From Azolla caroliniana (taxonomy: Eukaryota > Plantae > Polypodiophyta), in the NCBI GenBank assembly GCA_043228905.1, contig JBHGNT010000009.1, positions 10,664,001-10,728,000 of the forward strand: a stretch of 64,000 nucleotides of DNA, in the 5' to 3' direction. The number at the start of each line of letters is the position of its first letter. Within the stretch, counting starts at the first letter, position 1. Made by a program: the position numbers and the translations under genes. Below the pieces are notes generated by a model. That model was not told the DNA's origin, did no database searches, and saw only the letters and a list, made by a program, of their open reading frames with translations. Below are positions 33,201 through 45,836 of this stretch, in pieces.

Positions 33201-36200
33201 ACCAATCTTGCTTTGTACTTTGGCGAGGAATCAGAAATGACCTTCATTTTATAAACCCATTTGCATGGAAGTGTTTTCTGCCCTTTAGGCAACTGCACCA
33301 AATCCCAAGTGTCATTTTTCTCAAGAGATTCCATCTCTGACAACATGGCTTTATACTATTTCTTATTGTCCGGTCTGTCCATTGCTTCCTTGAAGCAAGA
33401 CGGTTCGCCACAATCAGTCACCATGACATAATCAGCCACACTGTTTGCATCAGGAACAAATCTGTCAGGCTGTCTAGTAACTCTAGACGATCTCCTAACC
33501 CAATGCTCATTGTTTGGTAGCTGTTTAGCCTGCAAATCATCATTTTCAATTTGCAGTCCAGGCATTTCAACCTGCAAATCAGCATTCACAGCTTGCTGTT
33601 CTAGCTGTTCCTGCACATTTGGTGGCTCATCATTATTGGCAAAGGCTGGCTGATCATTTCCAACCTCATTTTCTGCATTTGCAGGTAAGTCTACAGCAGG
33701 TGTTTGCTGCTGTACAGCGGGTTCATTTTCCTATCTAGAAGGTATTTCTTCTCGGAATACAACCCTACGTACTTCCTCAGTCTTTTCGGGTTGCACCTTT
33801 CGACTCATCAAGCCTCATACTGACAAGTTTTCTCATCAAATGCACCTGATTCACAGTAGTAGTATTCTTGTAAGTTGTCTTAAGTTTCTCCCAAACTTGA
33901 TGGGCAGTAATCAAGCCCTTTATATGTACAAGAATTTCATCAGAAACAGCCATTTTAATATATGTAATGGCTTTCTTATTCAGAGTGTTCCAAGGATCAT
34001 TTTCCATGCTCTCTGGTTTCTTTTCCACGAGAGCATCTTCACAATCTCTCAGAAAGAGGATGCCCAGCATACGCTCTTTCCATAATTCGAAACCTTTTCC
34101 ATCAAATCTCTTGATTTCAAAGAGGTTTTTCATTTCAGTTTAAGTGGAGGCCATTGCTCCCAAGATTTATGACAGATGCCTTCAGATAATTGAGCAGAAT
34201 ACCAATAGGAAAAGGTCTGACAGAATTGTTTATTTATTTATTTTTTAAACTGTGTTTTCTGCTGATTCTGAATCTAAAACAAACAGCAAAGCAGAGGAAA
34301 GAGATTTGGCTCTGATACCAGTTAAAGGTAAAGAGGGATGTTTGAGGGAGCAACTATTGATTGATGACGTTCAGCAAACAAGACTGTCGTAGAGATGAGA
34401 GTAGAGGCACATATTTTTGGTTGTACCCAACCGCCTTGATTGGTACACAAGATAAAATGTTATTATATTAGTTAACCCTACAAAGAAAGAGGTGTGTTCA
34501 CATTACAAAAGGAGGTGTCCTGTCCAGGTGAACAATGTGTTCACATATACGAATAATTACCTAAATAGGCCTATACACATGTGCACACTATAAGGTGGTC
34601 ATTTAGGGCCTTTAACCTCACAGCAAATAGTTCTATGTTTCAAGGTCATCAAACATAGAGATCACATTTTGGTATTAATAATGCTTTGTATTTGCCATGA
34701 GGTTCCATGAATTAATTCTATTTCCCAGGTGGCACAACTCCATGAGAAAGTTGCTGTGTTAGCAGATTATATATCTAGAAGGGGAGTCACGGTGCCCCCA
34801 GAAGTTTTTAAACCAAGAGTAGTTTTTGTAGATCCCACAGCCAGGTATTTTCTAATCTTACTTATTAATCATCCTTTACCATGTGTGATCATACTATTCA
34901 GAGAAAATAATAATAATGGAATACTGTTTCTTTTGTTAGTATTGTTCATGGTTATAAATGACCTCTTAATAGAGCCTTTTGGCCCTCTTATTATAGCAAA
35001 GTGGCGCATGTCCTTTCTGCAGTTGTATTTTGAGCTAATCCAGAGATCTATATATTCTTTACAAAATCGCCATTTTTTCTTTCAGTAACCCTTTCACCAG
35101 TTCATCCAAACTTCAGACCATGGGCAAAAGAAAAGAGTAACGTTGCTGTTCATGATAAGTATGGAGTAGATCACTATATGACCTTCCTGATTTTGCCATT
35201 GGTCCCTCTCGTAACCCTTTCACCAGTTCATCCAAACCTCAGACCATGGGCAAAAAAAGAGAGTAACGTTGCTGTTCATGATAAGTATGGAGTAGATCAC
35301 TATATGACCTGCCTGATTTTGCCATTGGTCCCTCTCGTAACTCTTTCACCAGTTCATCCAAACCTCAGACCATGGGCAAAAAAAGAGAGTAACGTTGCTG
35401 TTCATGATAAGTATGGAGTAGATCACTATATGACCTGCCCGATTTTGCCATTGGTCCCTCTCCTCATCCCTCCCCCCCCCCCCCCCCCTTTTCTCCCAAA
35501 ACCTCAGTGTGGTCCTAGTTCCTTACCTTGGGCATGACAGGCTTGACCTTGCCAAGAAAATTAACAATGGAGAAAAAGGCTACGACATGCAAAGCAAGCT
35601 GCTCATAGAGACTGATGCAAATACTGGGTGCCATTTTCATACTGTTTCCATCCGCAGTTTATGAGCTAGCGGAAGATTTTGGATTTTCTGGTTGAAAAGC
35701 AGATGAGGAACATATTTGAACCACTGTAATCCCTAAAAGAGGTGGATCCATTGCGTCAATAGAAAATTACTGTGTCTCACTTGCCATCACCTACCACATT
35801 GGTGACATGAATTCTAGTGAATAGTTTCTTTCTCCATTCTCATGCAGAATATGTGTACCTTGACTTGGCTATAAAGTATATGAACTCTGTTTGGCACTTA
35901 CAGACAAAATAAATGCCAGTACAATAGGCGGTAATTATGTAATTTGTAGACCATATGCTTGAAAGAAGAAGAGCATCTAGAAATTTCCTTTTAGGTTTAT
36001 TATTTCAATACTACATTTTTTCCTATTTGTTTTATTTTGCATTCTTCCAGCTCTGGATCTAATTTTTAATTTTATGTCTGTGCGAACTCTTGTGTCGACA
36101 GCTAGACACAGAGTCAAAGAGATGAAATATATTGTAATATAATATATTGACATATTCAAAAGTACAAAATAATTGCATGTTAAGTCTATGGCATTCTTCT

Positions 36201-39200
36201 GTTTCGTAGATAAGAACATTTAGTTTCAAAAGGCAATAAGTCTCTGATCGGTATGACTTTTGTTTGTGTCTCACTTGAGTATCGTGTATTACTGCAGTAT
36301 ATTGTAGTATATTTTTGTTTGTGTCCTGCTTCAATAAGCATATTTAGTATTATTCCATTTTCACTCTTTGCAAACCAGAATTTCCTTTTCTTTTATCATC
36401 ATAACTTATAGCTCAAATTTCGCAGTCCAGAGCAAGAGATCCTTCTACAGCCAGAGGTTCTTTCTTATGACAGATATGAGGATATTCAAAAGAATATTTC
36501 AGCTGCAAATGTTTTGGGCATTCAGTCAAGTATTTCTGCAACTTCCAAAATTATCCAACACCAGCAGCTTGAATACATTCTATGCACGGCTCCAACCTGG
36601 GATAGGTAGAATGTCGTTTGTTTTGTAGGGTTTTCAACAACTTTTTGTCTAATTTTCATTTATGATATTTGCATTGCCTTTGGTGGACAGGCTAGAGCTA
36701 CGTGGAGGTGGGTGCCTGTTTGGGGAATTTCTAAGTTTCAAAGGTACGACTAGTGACTTGCAAGCGTTGGGTGCCGCCAAACGATCAAAAGTAAAGCAAT
36801 ATGAAGCATTACATACATGGAACTTTTGGAGTTTGCTTGGTATGATACATATTCATTTCCATTTCTTTCAAAATTCATTGCAATGATGCTATATGTTATA
36901 CAGAGTTAAACCTATTAATCATACTTATCAGGAAACACATTGTACCTCTAATTGCTGTAGTCGGAAGGATAAAAAACTCATCACAGAAAAAAACTTTTAA
37001 GAAACTTTGAGCCTGACATTATATCTGGAAGTGTTTAGCAGTTTTTCTCAATGTCCAAGATCTTATTACAAAAGAGTAAAGAGCTAGGATTCTAGGCCAG
37101 GATTTTGTTTTGAGGTTTTTATCATAATAGTATTTGTCATTGTACTCTTTATTACTGTGCAGCTACTCTTATCTTGTGTCGAAGTAGTTCACATTGTAAA
37201 CTGAACCGTTATTCCTCATTAGTTTCCTCCATTTCCCAACATGGGGAAGCATGTTGCTTTTTTATTATCAGTTAAACATTTTTGCTCAGTTTGTATGATG
37301 CCTGTTGTCGTTCCATCTTACGTAGTGCTGGCACCTTCCTTGAGGCTTGCCTCTCCTCCCTTGAAATTTTAAGCATTTTTTGTGTTTCTTGCTCTTTTCA
37401 CCATGCCTAAAGATGCCTATAGGCAGTAAGCAATGAATTTTAAAGTATTATCTATTGAGAGTTTTTTATGTGATGACTCGATGCACCCTTAAACTGTGTA
37501 AATTAGGAATAAGAGATAGCATATCACATTGCTTGAAATACCTAGAAATCAAGATTCAAAATTGTGATTTGTATAAGTCTAGAATTTGGACAAAATTCTA
37601 ACTTGTATGTTGCAGCCATCTTCCTTGGCTTTTACCTCTCATCTTTTGAAATTTTAAGAATTTGTCTGGTTTCTTGCTCTCTCCAGCATGCCTAAGTACC
37701 TGTTGGCACTAAGATATGAAGGTAAAAATGTTTTCTATGTTGATGTCCTTATGTAATGATCACTGCATCCATAAACTGTATATATTAGCAATGAAGCAGA
37801 TGACTTAGGGTTTGGTCAGGGTGAATGACCTCCAGAGTCAGGCTACGATGAGGCATTCGTTGCATTGTTGACCTATGAACTTCTAAAAACTTAGTCTAGG
37901 AACAAGTGCATTGGACATTAGACTGGGCTTTAGACTGAGAGAGTTGGGAAGGGATGGGCGGAACCTATGTCGCTGAGATTTAATCAATAATTTGTCTTGT
38001 TCATAAGTCACTCAATATGTAGTTTTAATGTCGTTCTCCCTAGCTGGTTGAGTTAAAATTCTACTGATGGTCTAGATATTTAGCCTTGGTTGCTAAGGTA
38101 TTTGACCTACCAAGAAGAGACAGCTTTTGAAAGTAAAAACTATATCTATTACCAATGTGAAAAATCATCTTGTAATGCCTTGATAGATAGTTGTTCAGAC
38201 TAGACACTCATGGGATAGTGTCTGAGTCAATCAATATGTGATTTTAATGTAGTTTTCCCTAGCTAATCGAGTTATAATTCTACTGATGGTCTAGATATTT
38301 AGCCTTGGCCTCTTAAGGTATTTGACCTACTAAGAAGAGACAGCTTTTGGAAGTAAAGGCTATATCTATTGCCAATGTGAAAAATCATCTTGCCTTGCTA
38401 GATAGATGTTTAGACTAGACACTCATAGAATAGTGTCTCAGCCATGCAAGTTTGTATTGCATTTGGAGTCCAATTCAAATAGTCGTTAAGCTAGAATCTT
38501 GGTTAATAGAGATGCTTGTGATTTAGTTAAAATCAAGTTGACTCTTGGCTGTATGCCTAAGATTGAGTCACTGAAATGACACTGGAAGTGTTTCATCTGA
38601 TATTAGGATATTCTGCTGTAGACTTTGTACATGACATATTGTTCTTCAACAAAACCCTAGACAAACATGTTAGTCATTCATGCATAGTGTTTGGGATTTA
38701 AAAGGACCATGCATTTATACACTACTGATAAGAAAAGTTTCTTGTGCTAGAAGGTTGTTGAATACTTGGGGCATATAATATTTTCTTTGAAGGCCTTCAG
38801 AAGGTCTTTATAATTCTGTGTTGACTGACACCAAACATTTGATTTTCACTACAAAAAAGCATCTGCTATGAAAGTAGACAATTTGATTATTCAACATATA
38901 TTTTACAGTCATTGGTTACCTGAAACTATTGTCTTGGTCTGAGATACTTGTTATGCAGGAGGTATGGGGCTCAGCTAGCTTGTCCGTATTAGATAGTATT
39001 GAGTAACAATCGGCAACGGTTCGGTTCGGTTCGAGAGGTCCAAACCGAACCATTTAAAAATGTTGAAACCTGAACCAAACCGAACCGAACCGTGAAACCT
39101 TTTTCAAACCATTAAACCTTTAAACCGTAAAAACCGCGGTTTCGTGGTTCGGTTTCGGTTTTCAACATAGATCAAATTTATTTTATTTTATTTTTAAATT

Positions 39201-41155
39201 TATAATATTTCATTATTTAGAATTTTTAAAATTTTTAAGATGTTCCTAAAATGTGAGAATAAGAGTAAAAATGAAAAGATTGTTTAAAAACAATTTTTAA
39301 AATTTTTTAGAATTTTTTTCAAAATTTTTATATTAAAAAAAAAAAACAACAACAACCGTTTAACCGTTTAAACCGCGGGTTTTGACTGCTGAAACCAAAC
39401 CAAACCGAACCGAACCGAACCGAACCACACCGTTTAAAAAAACCTAAACGTGAACCGAACCAAACCGTTGAAACCGTTAAGCCGCGGTTTCGCGGTTCGG
39501 TTCGGTTCAAACCGAACCGTTGCCGATTGTTAGTATTGAGTAGTCTTAATCTAAGTGCCTCAAAATATTTGAAGGATATGAGAAACATATTGGATGTAGC
39601 TAAAAGAATAATCTGACCTGCTATGGATAAAGCAACTTGTTTTGCCAATAGGAAATATTCTCCTAGGTTCTTTAAGGTATGGGAGAACAGGTGTATTTGT
39701 TGATCACTCCTTGTACTGGTTCTGTTGTTTAGCTGCCTAAACTATCTTCAAGATATTGTGGTCCATTGATGATCATAAAGAACATAGGTGAGGTTGCCTA
39801 TAAGCTAGATTTACTATTAGGAAGTCATATCCATCATGTTTTCTATATTACTAGATTGAAAAAGTGTCTACTAGATGAAAGGAGTATGGTGGATGGTGCT
39901 ATGGAAGTGCATAGTCCTTTGGGAGTTAACTCAAGGCCGGATTATATCCTTGACATGTGTGTAGACGTTGAGGAATCATACTTTTCGTCTATTTCTGGTG
40001 TCTTGGAAAGGCCCTCCTATGTCTGATTCCACATATTGTTCATCTATACTGTGCGAGCTGTGGACAAGTGGATAATGTCTAAATTATCTAAAATTAAAGA
40101 CTAAATACAAATCTAAAATCTAGCTTGAATGATATGATAGCCAAATGAAACGTTATACACCACACAATTAACTTAAACCTTTGACCTCTTATTGTTGTCT
40201 ATGTTTTTATCCAATAAATTATCATGGCATTCATGATACATAGTATATTATGGCCTATATTGTAATATTGTTTTAAGTTTCATGCATCTTAAATGAAAGA
40301 TTTGCACAGCTTTTGCACCAAAGATTTGCAGGATGTAGATCCAGTGTTACAGGAATCTTGGAAGTTGTGGACACAGCATTGCACGACATCTTGGGAATTC
40401 GTCACACAGCATTGCACAATAGCTTGTGGAAATCTGCACAAAATTAATTGCACAATAGCTTGGGAATTCTGCACATGAAGCATTGCATATTGCATTAATG
40501 TATATAAATTTAGTATCGATGTAATCATTATACAGGATATCATTTTAAGCATTACATAGGGTGTCACTCTAAGCACTAGCGAGAAGAGTTACGGGTGCAG
40601 GGGTCTTTTGAAAATGGTGGTATACATATCAAAACTTGAACAACATAAGTCATGAAATAGAAGCACATTCGTGGCTGTTTTCAAAAATGATAATCTGGAA
40701 ACGATGTCAAAAGTGTCTGCCACCTATATCAATACATTGAATGAGTTAAAAGTAGAAGTTTTCATCATATGTTTGTGATTATTTAGATGACTATGGAAGA
40801 CATTACAGACCATATATACGTCCTCTTCTTTGTATATTTCTTAGTATGTGTTTCCTTGAATTTTTGAATGTTTAGATGAGTGATATGTAATGAATGTCTA
40901 AACAAAACTAATGCTAGTAGCATGTATTGGGGTGTTAAATTGCTTTACTCAAAATATGATGCAGGCATTCATACTGTGGCAGAAGTAGTTGTAGTTTGCA
41001 CAATGCGTGACTACAGGCAGGATGGATCGGCTGAACCAGCAAAAGTCGAAGCTCGAGTAAGAGGAGATCTTGAAATTGTATTTCGGGTGGATGGTTCTTC
41101 CAAGCCAAGATCATTTGAGCTTAAGGACATCAGTTTCATCTCCTTGAGGGCCTAA
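27223..41155 (+). CDS. plant NERD (nuclease-related domain) protein, similar to Arabidopsis At1g65020 as recalled; 7 exons, ~324 aa
   Basis: Exons 27223-27347, 28670-28771, 28854-28965, 34729-34844, 36426-36605, 36691-36839 and 40965-41155; GT-AG introns with compatible phases (975 nt). Motifs GGSIYQSLRIPD, LSGTVRIRDDGTW, HPNMVAQ, YISRRGV, ILCTAPTWDRLEL, GEFLSFKG, KRSKV, RDYR, C-terminal ISLRA*. Confidence 0.85.
29363..31368 (+). mobile_element. truncated, degenerate copia fragment (gag, protease, 5' integrase) in intron 3 of the NERD gene
   Basis: HYCGYKGHIQVDCW knuckle, WLVDSGATAHM, ELVHMDLYG, IRSDNGGEF, PQQNGVLERKNR; ends abruptly at AMTPAEAFTGVKPSI, where another LTR begins. Confidence 0.85.
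31369..34617 (-). mobile_element. internally deleted, probably chimeric copia in intron 3 of the NERD gene
   Basis: LTR-like 31369-31820 followed by a PPT complement (acctcccacct); RNaseH/RT ORFs 32020-33346 (LYVDDML); gag start 33777-34133; PBS 34309-34320; LTR-like 34321-34617 that does not resemble 31369-31820. Confidence 0.8.
35085..35462. repeat. 126-bp intronic tandem triplication
   Basis: Near-identical units starting gtaac(c/t)ctttcaccagttcatccaaac at 35085, 35211 and 35337. Confidence 0.95.
38006..38440. repeat. ~220-bp intronic tandem duplication
   Basis: Two diverged copies containing aattctactgatggtctagatatttagccttgg...tagacactcat; a second, older duplication is visible at ~37330-37500 versus ~37620-37790. 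Confidence 0.8.
39004..39532. mobile_element. hAT-type MITE in intron 6 of the NERD gene
   Basis: Perfect TIR TAACAATCGGCAACGGTTCGGT / ACCGAACCGTTGCCGATTGTTA; perfect 8-bp TSD GTATTGAG (38996-39003, 39533-39540); AACCG subterminal repeats around an AT-rich core. Confidence 0.93.
39766..40026 (+). pseudogene. old gypsy integrase C-terminal remnant
   Basis: IIKNIGEVAYKLDL...IHHVFYITRLKK resembles the region following GPY/F in chromovirus integrases. Confidence 0.55.
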
Positions 41156-44100
41156 AGCTTTGCAGATATTTACTTTGATCTTCTTTTGTGTGTATGTCGA
41201 ATAGTATAGTATATTGTATGATATGGAATGGTATATATATAATGACTGCCATAGAGATGCCAAGAATTCAATCTGAAGGTAGTGTATTGCACATTATATG
41301 TTGTATTGTGGCTTTGACAAAGATGTTGTGGATTCAATATAAGGGTTCTAGGATATGCACAAGTTTCTCTACAGGTAATCCTTATTGGCAGCTTGACATC
41401 CATATTGTAGTAAATTTAAAGCATTTGCACATCTGCCCATGAATATGTAAACAATCTAAGCTTTGGTAACAGTGACGGAAGTTTGATGATTATTTTGCAA
41501 AAATATTGGGAGTTTTATACCCCGCGGTATGCTTGTTCCAATAAATTGTTATAACGAAAACAGATGACTGATTAGGTGATTAGTTTTAAAAGTTTTAGTC
41601 TTAGCAACTGCATCACATGCATTTGAGGTTTTTTATTTGCTTAGGTTGCGATATATCAGAAGGGAAAGCTCTTCAATTTTTGCTTCTTGGAGTTGAAGGA
41701 ATGTACAATTATCTCTTGCTTTGCTAGATGCTTTTCTTGGAGTGCAAGGAATTTTCTGTAAAGATTGGTTTGTTATATTAAGAGCAGTGTCTACTCTTGT
41801 TGGTGGGACAAGTAGGTGTCAGTCCACTCCCAATAAGGCTATCAGTGAATATCAATAAACAATCAATGAAAAAATAAATTCAATACTTAGACATTCCTCA
41901 AGAAGTCAAGACTTAACCTACCATATTTAACCAACAAATATAGGTGTTAATAGGTTCTTAATACAATAAACAAGGGTTACAAACATTGGCCCAAATACTT
42001 GGATTAAGAATCAAGGATTGGGTCTTAAGGTAATATTAAGTTGAATAAGTAATTAGAGTTATAATTAATGGGAGATTAAGATATTAAGAGCGGCTAATGC
42101 TTCAGCTTCAAGTTTACTAAATGTTAAGAAGACAAATATCTTTTATAACTTTTACAATGCGCTTGAAGTTTTTCACATTGATTGTAAGTCTATATTCTCA
42201 TGTCCTAATCTTTATTCCATTGAGCTACACTTCATTTTTACAAACATCCTAGTATAGAGATTTGTTCACATTCCCCGAACTTATTGAATGCACTCTTGTG
42301 TGTAAGTGTTACTCATCCATACAATCATGGTTTGGGGGGAGGGTGGTGGATGGGTTTAAAGTGGTGGGGTGGGGACAAGGAGGGCGAGGAGTTGTTAGAG
42401 GGTTTGGGGCAATAGAAAGTTTGGGAGAAGAGAGAAATTGAAGCAAGAGGGGATGAGGTAGTAGGTCGATAAAGACATTAGTAGGGGAGGAGAGGCACTT
42501 GTATGCCTTGTCATGCATCAATTGTGTACAGGAAGTCATGTGGAGTGCAATCAAATAATTTAATTGTGCAATGTTGTCCAATTGAGAGCTGGAAAGTGCA
42601 GATGAACCTCAAATCAACCATGGATCTAAAATTGCATTGGTTGGTATAGGCCTGGTTTGGTTTCAGTTTGGTCGTCATATTGGAAGGGGAGAATGATGAA
42701 GAATGCAAATTACATGAACAAATGGATTGTAGCATAGAAACAACAGGGTTGCGAGAAATTGTGGTTCACAACCAAAAATGGAAATGAAACATTGATACTG
42801 TATAGGAATGGAGATGTATATGGAATACACAACCCTTTCCGTGACTGGCAAACTGAGCAATGTTTCAAGTAGCTCGACCATGACTAAGGTTGACTCGACA
42901 TAGATGGACAATGATAATGCTTGCTTTTGGTTTGCCGAGGGTACATGGGTTGTCTATGAGGCTCTCAAGGTGGTATTGTATTGATGTGCTAGGGATGGAA
43001 GGAGCTACTTGATCGCTAGATCAATTGATCTTTTGTCTTTTTGGGTCGTGTCCAATGTGGTGTGTACCTAGGCTTGTTGCTACGTAGCCATTTACAATTG
43101 TTACTTGAGATCAAGAGTTAGTGGAAGAAATATTGAGGGATAAAAATATGTTTATATAAAAGTCAAGTCCTATAATAGGTTATGATTCTAGACCACAAGT
43201 TACTCAAAGAAATAGTGAGAGAAAAGTAGTAATAAAATAAGATAGCTTTGGTGGTAATAGTTAACCTCTTGAATAATGACATCAAGGGTTTAAACCTTGT
43301 TATGGGTCCTGAAGGTTATAACCATAACAAGAAAAGAGAATTAGATACATTGAACTTGGTGTCCTTTCATGAAAAGAAAAGCAAAATTTAATTTTAGGAA
43401 AGGAGGAAAATGGAAACGCCTAAGACAATATTATAGCTGGGAAGAAAGATGTAGTGTAGGTTAATAATATGTAGCTAGACACTTCAATGTTAAATTCTGT
43501 GAGGTTCAATGTGTTCTTCAACCCTACCCAAATATAAAAAGGAGAATAAAATGAAGCATGCTAAGCAATAATTTATGGCAATGTGGAAGATTATGAATAG
43601 AAAAACCTCATTGACTTATTGTGTATGAAGAAGTGAGCTATAGATGTACTAGATATTCTGATTACAATGGGGGCTAACAAAGAAGTATGAAGGCATATGT
43701 CTTTAGGATGTAAATATTGAAGTTTCAACTCTTAGATGAAGTAGGTCCTTTATAAACTAAGAAGAAAGGCAAAAGGTTGGGTATTCTAGGTGGAGGTAAA
43801 ATGGTTGTGCATTTGCAAGGATTACTTGACCCTCCTTATAATTGGCACCTTCAATGGGATGAGAATATGGTTTATTTGTTAGCATTCGACAGGTTCTACA
43901 ATGTAGAGCTTCATTGGGATTGTATGAATGGAGTATTAAATGGATATATAGCTAACCATATTAGTATAGGCTAGAGTGGATTAGTCATCATATATGTGGT
44001 TTTGATAGATTGGAGAGCATTATTTCTCAAAGCTAACTTTAAAGAGCATGGGATTGAAACTACCTAATAATTCATTTATAATGGTGTGTCTAGGTAATGG

Positions 44101-44158
44101 TGGGTTCATAAAGTGTTTAGTGATAGTAGAAGATGTCTTCATCAATGCTTTGAAGTAT

Positions 44159-44354
44159 TGTGAAATCCACATAAGAGATCAAAACTAGCTTACTTAGCTT
44201 CTTACTTCTTACTCAATTTATAGTTGATACAAAGGTATCCATTTGGGTTGGCTTAGCTAAAAAGGGTGTGCTAAAAGGGTGGGTCGGCTTAGGTACATGC
44301 ATCCTAAAAAGGGTGTGCTAAAAGGGTGGCACAAAGGAACACATGCACACCATA
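44159..44354 (-). mobile_element. short solo LTR of the gypsy B family
   Basis: Reverse complement matches 11808-11986 (cccttttagcacacccttt; tacctttgtatc..ctataaattga; aagtaagaagctaag; ctcttatgtg.atttcaca); flanked by 4-bp direct repeat GTAT (44155-44158, 44355-44358); one terminus reads TA instead of CA. Confidence 0.75.
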
Positions 44355-45836
44355 GTATAATTAGAGCTTTCGTTAGTATAAAAAAAGAAAGAAAATAAGG
44401 CAACCACGTAGATACGCTTCTAGGACCACGAGGTCGTCAACAACTTCTCAATTTTGACTCTGATTTTTCCTCGGAATTGACCCTTCTAGGTTGTGCTTCC
44501 AGGACTGGTGAACACTGGCTACGATCCCTAGATATGCAAGCCTTCGAAGATGTTGTCCCAATAGTTCACAGTGGCAGATATCCATGAAACACTCCATTTA
44601 CCCTCTGATCGGCTCCCCTTTTGCACCATGAAGTCCCTAGGGGTGGCGTCAGACTACAATCAATACAAGGGTCGTGAAGGTTGGCGATTCACCGAAATCC
44701 CCTTACAATCTCCACGACAAATGTAGCACAATCACACAGATCGGGGACACCACCACGAATGAGGTCATCTACCATTGAGTTTGTTAAATGGGCCAACGAC
44801 CCACCAACGACCCCCCCTCCCCAACAAGTGTTAGTGTTTTTTTGTGAAGTTTCTTGCTGAATTGTTGTCCAGATTAGTTTGGCTTGATTACTATCTTCTA
44901 TTTTACAACACAAGTGGGGAAGTGATTTGTTTGCTTCTGTGTGGAATTGTGGTATCGTTGTGTGTTTCCCCAACAAACGACACAGGTTGACGATAGCAGC
45001 TCGCCCAACTTTTCACCACACTCCAATGATTACACCAACTCGCGGGGGAACTCATGCGAACTATCATCGAAAGCGAAGAAGCATCAATCACACTGCTGGG
45101 GTTCCTTTGGTTGGTACGAGCTTGGCAGGAGGTTTGGGATAAGGCAACCCGTACTAACATATTCAATATCGACACCTCGGCATTTAATTGGCCAATCGAG
45201 ATCGAAGAAGAATGCGTGTCTAAATTAGAACAGTACCTCGACATATCCCAAGAGTATCTGCGGATGACTTTCGAAGAGGCTCGTGTGAGAGCCCTCCAAC
45301 CATTGGATCCTGCCTAACCACTGATCGATGTCGCCCCTGAATGGGATCCGGATTCCCCCGAAGACACTTTTCACCCACCAACCTACCAAGTATTTCCTTT
45401 TTGCAGCTTCTATTGGTTCTTCTCGACTTTACCCCCTTTGAGGCACCCACTTTCTGGAGACACCAACACCCTTTGTGGAACCTTGCCTTCGATCTTAATA
45501 AAGGACCAACTCGTTGCCAACTTGTTGGTCTCTAGATCTATGTCAGCATCCTACCCGCCATCTTCAAATGAGATTTCGAAATGATGACTAACACGCAGTT
45601 TTTTCCAGACTATGTAAGTTTTGGTACCCCTCCCTCTCCTTTTGTTGGCTACGTCACCTCCACGTGGCTCGCCAGCAAGAATAAAGACTTCCTCACAACC
45701 ACCGACCAAATGCAAGACATATGTTTACCTCCCCTCAATATCTGCCACCACCTTCGACCTCACCAACACCCTCACCTTGACGAACCACCCTATCTATCCT
45801 CCTCGCCCTCGATGCCTCGAGCTTTTAAATAGTTCT

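Noticed and set aside
35178-35537. ORF with 42-aa repeats
   Set aside because: Arises because the intronic repeat unit is 126 bp; no gene context.
41800-44150. Decayed retroelement (possible zinc-knuckle/protease traces on the minus strand at ~42550-42800)
   Set aside because: Too degenerate to call motifs or boundaries without a search.
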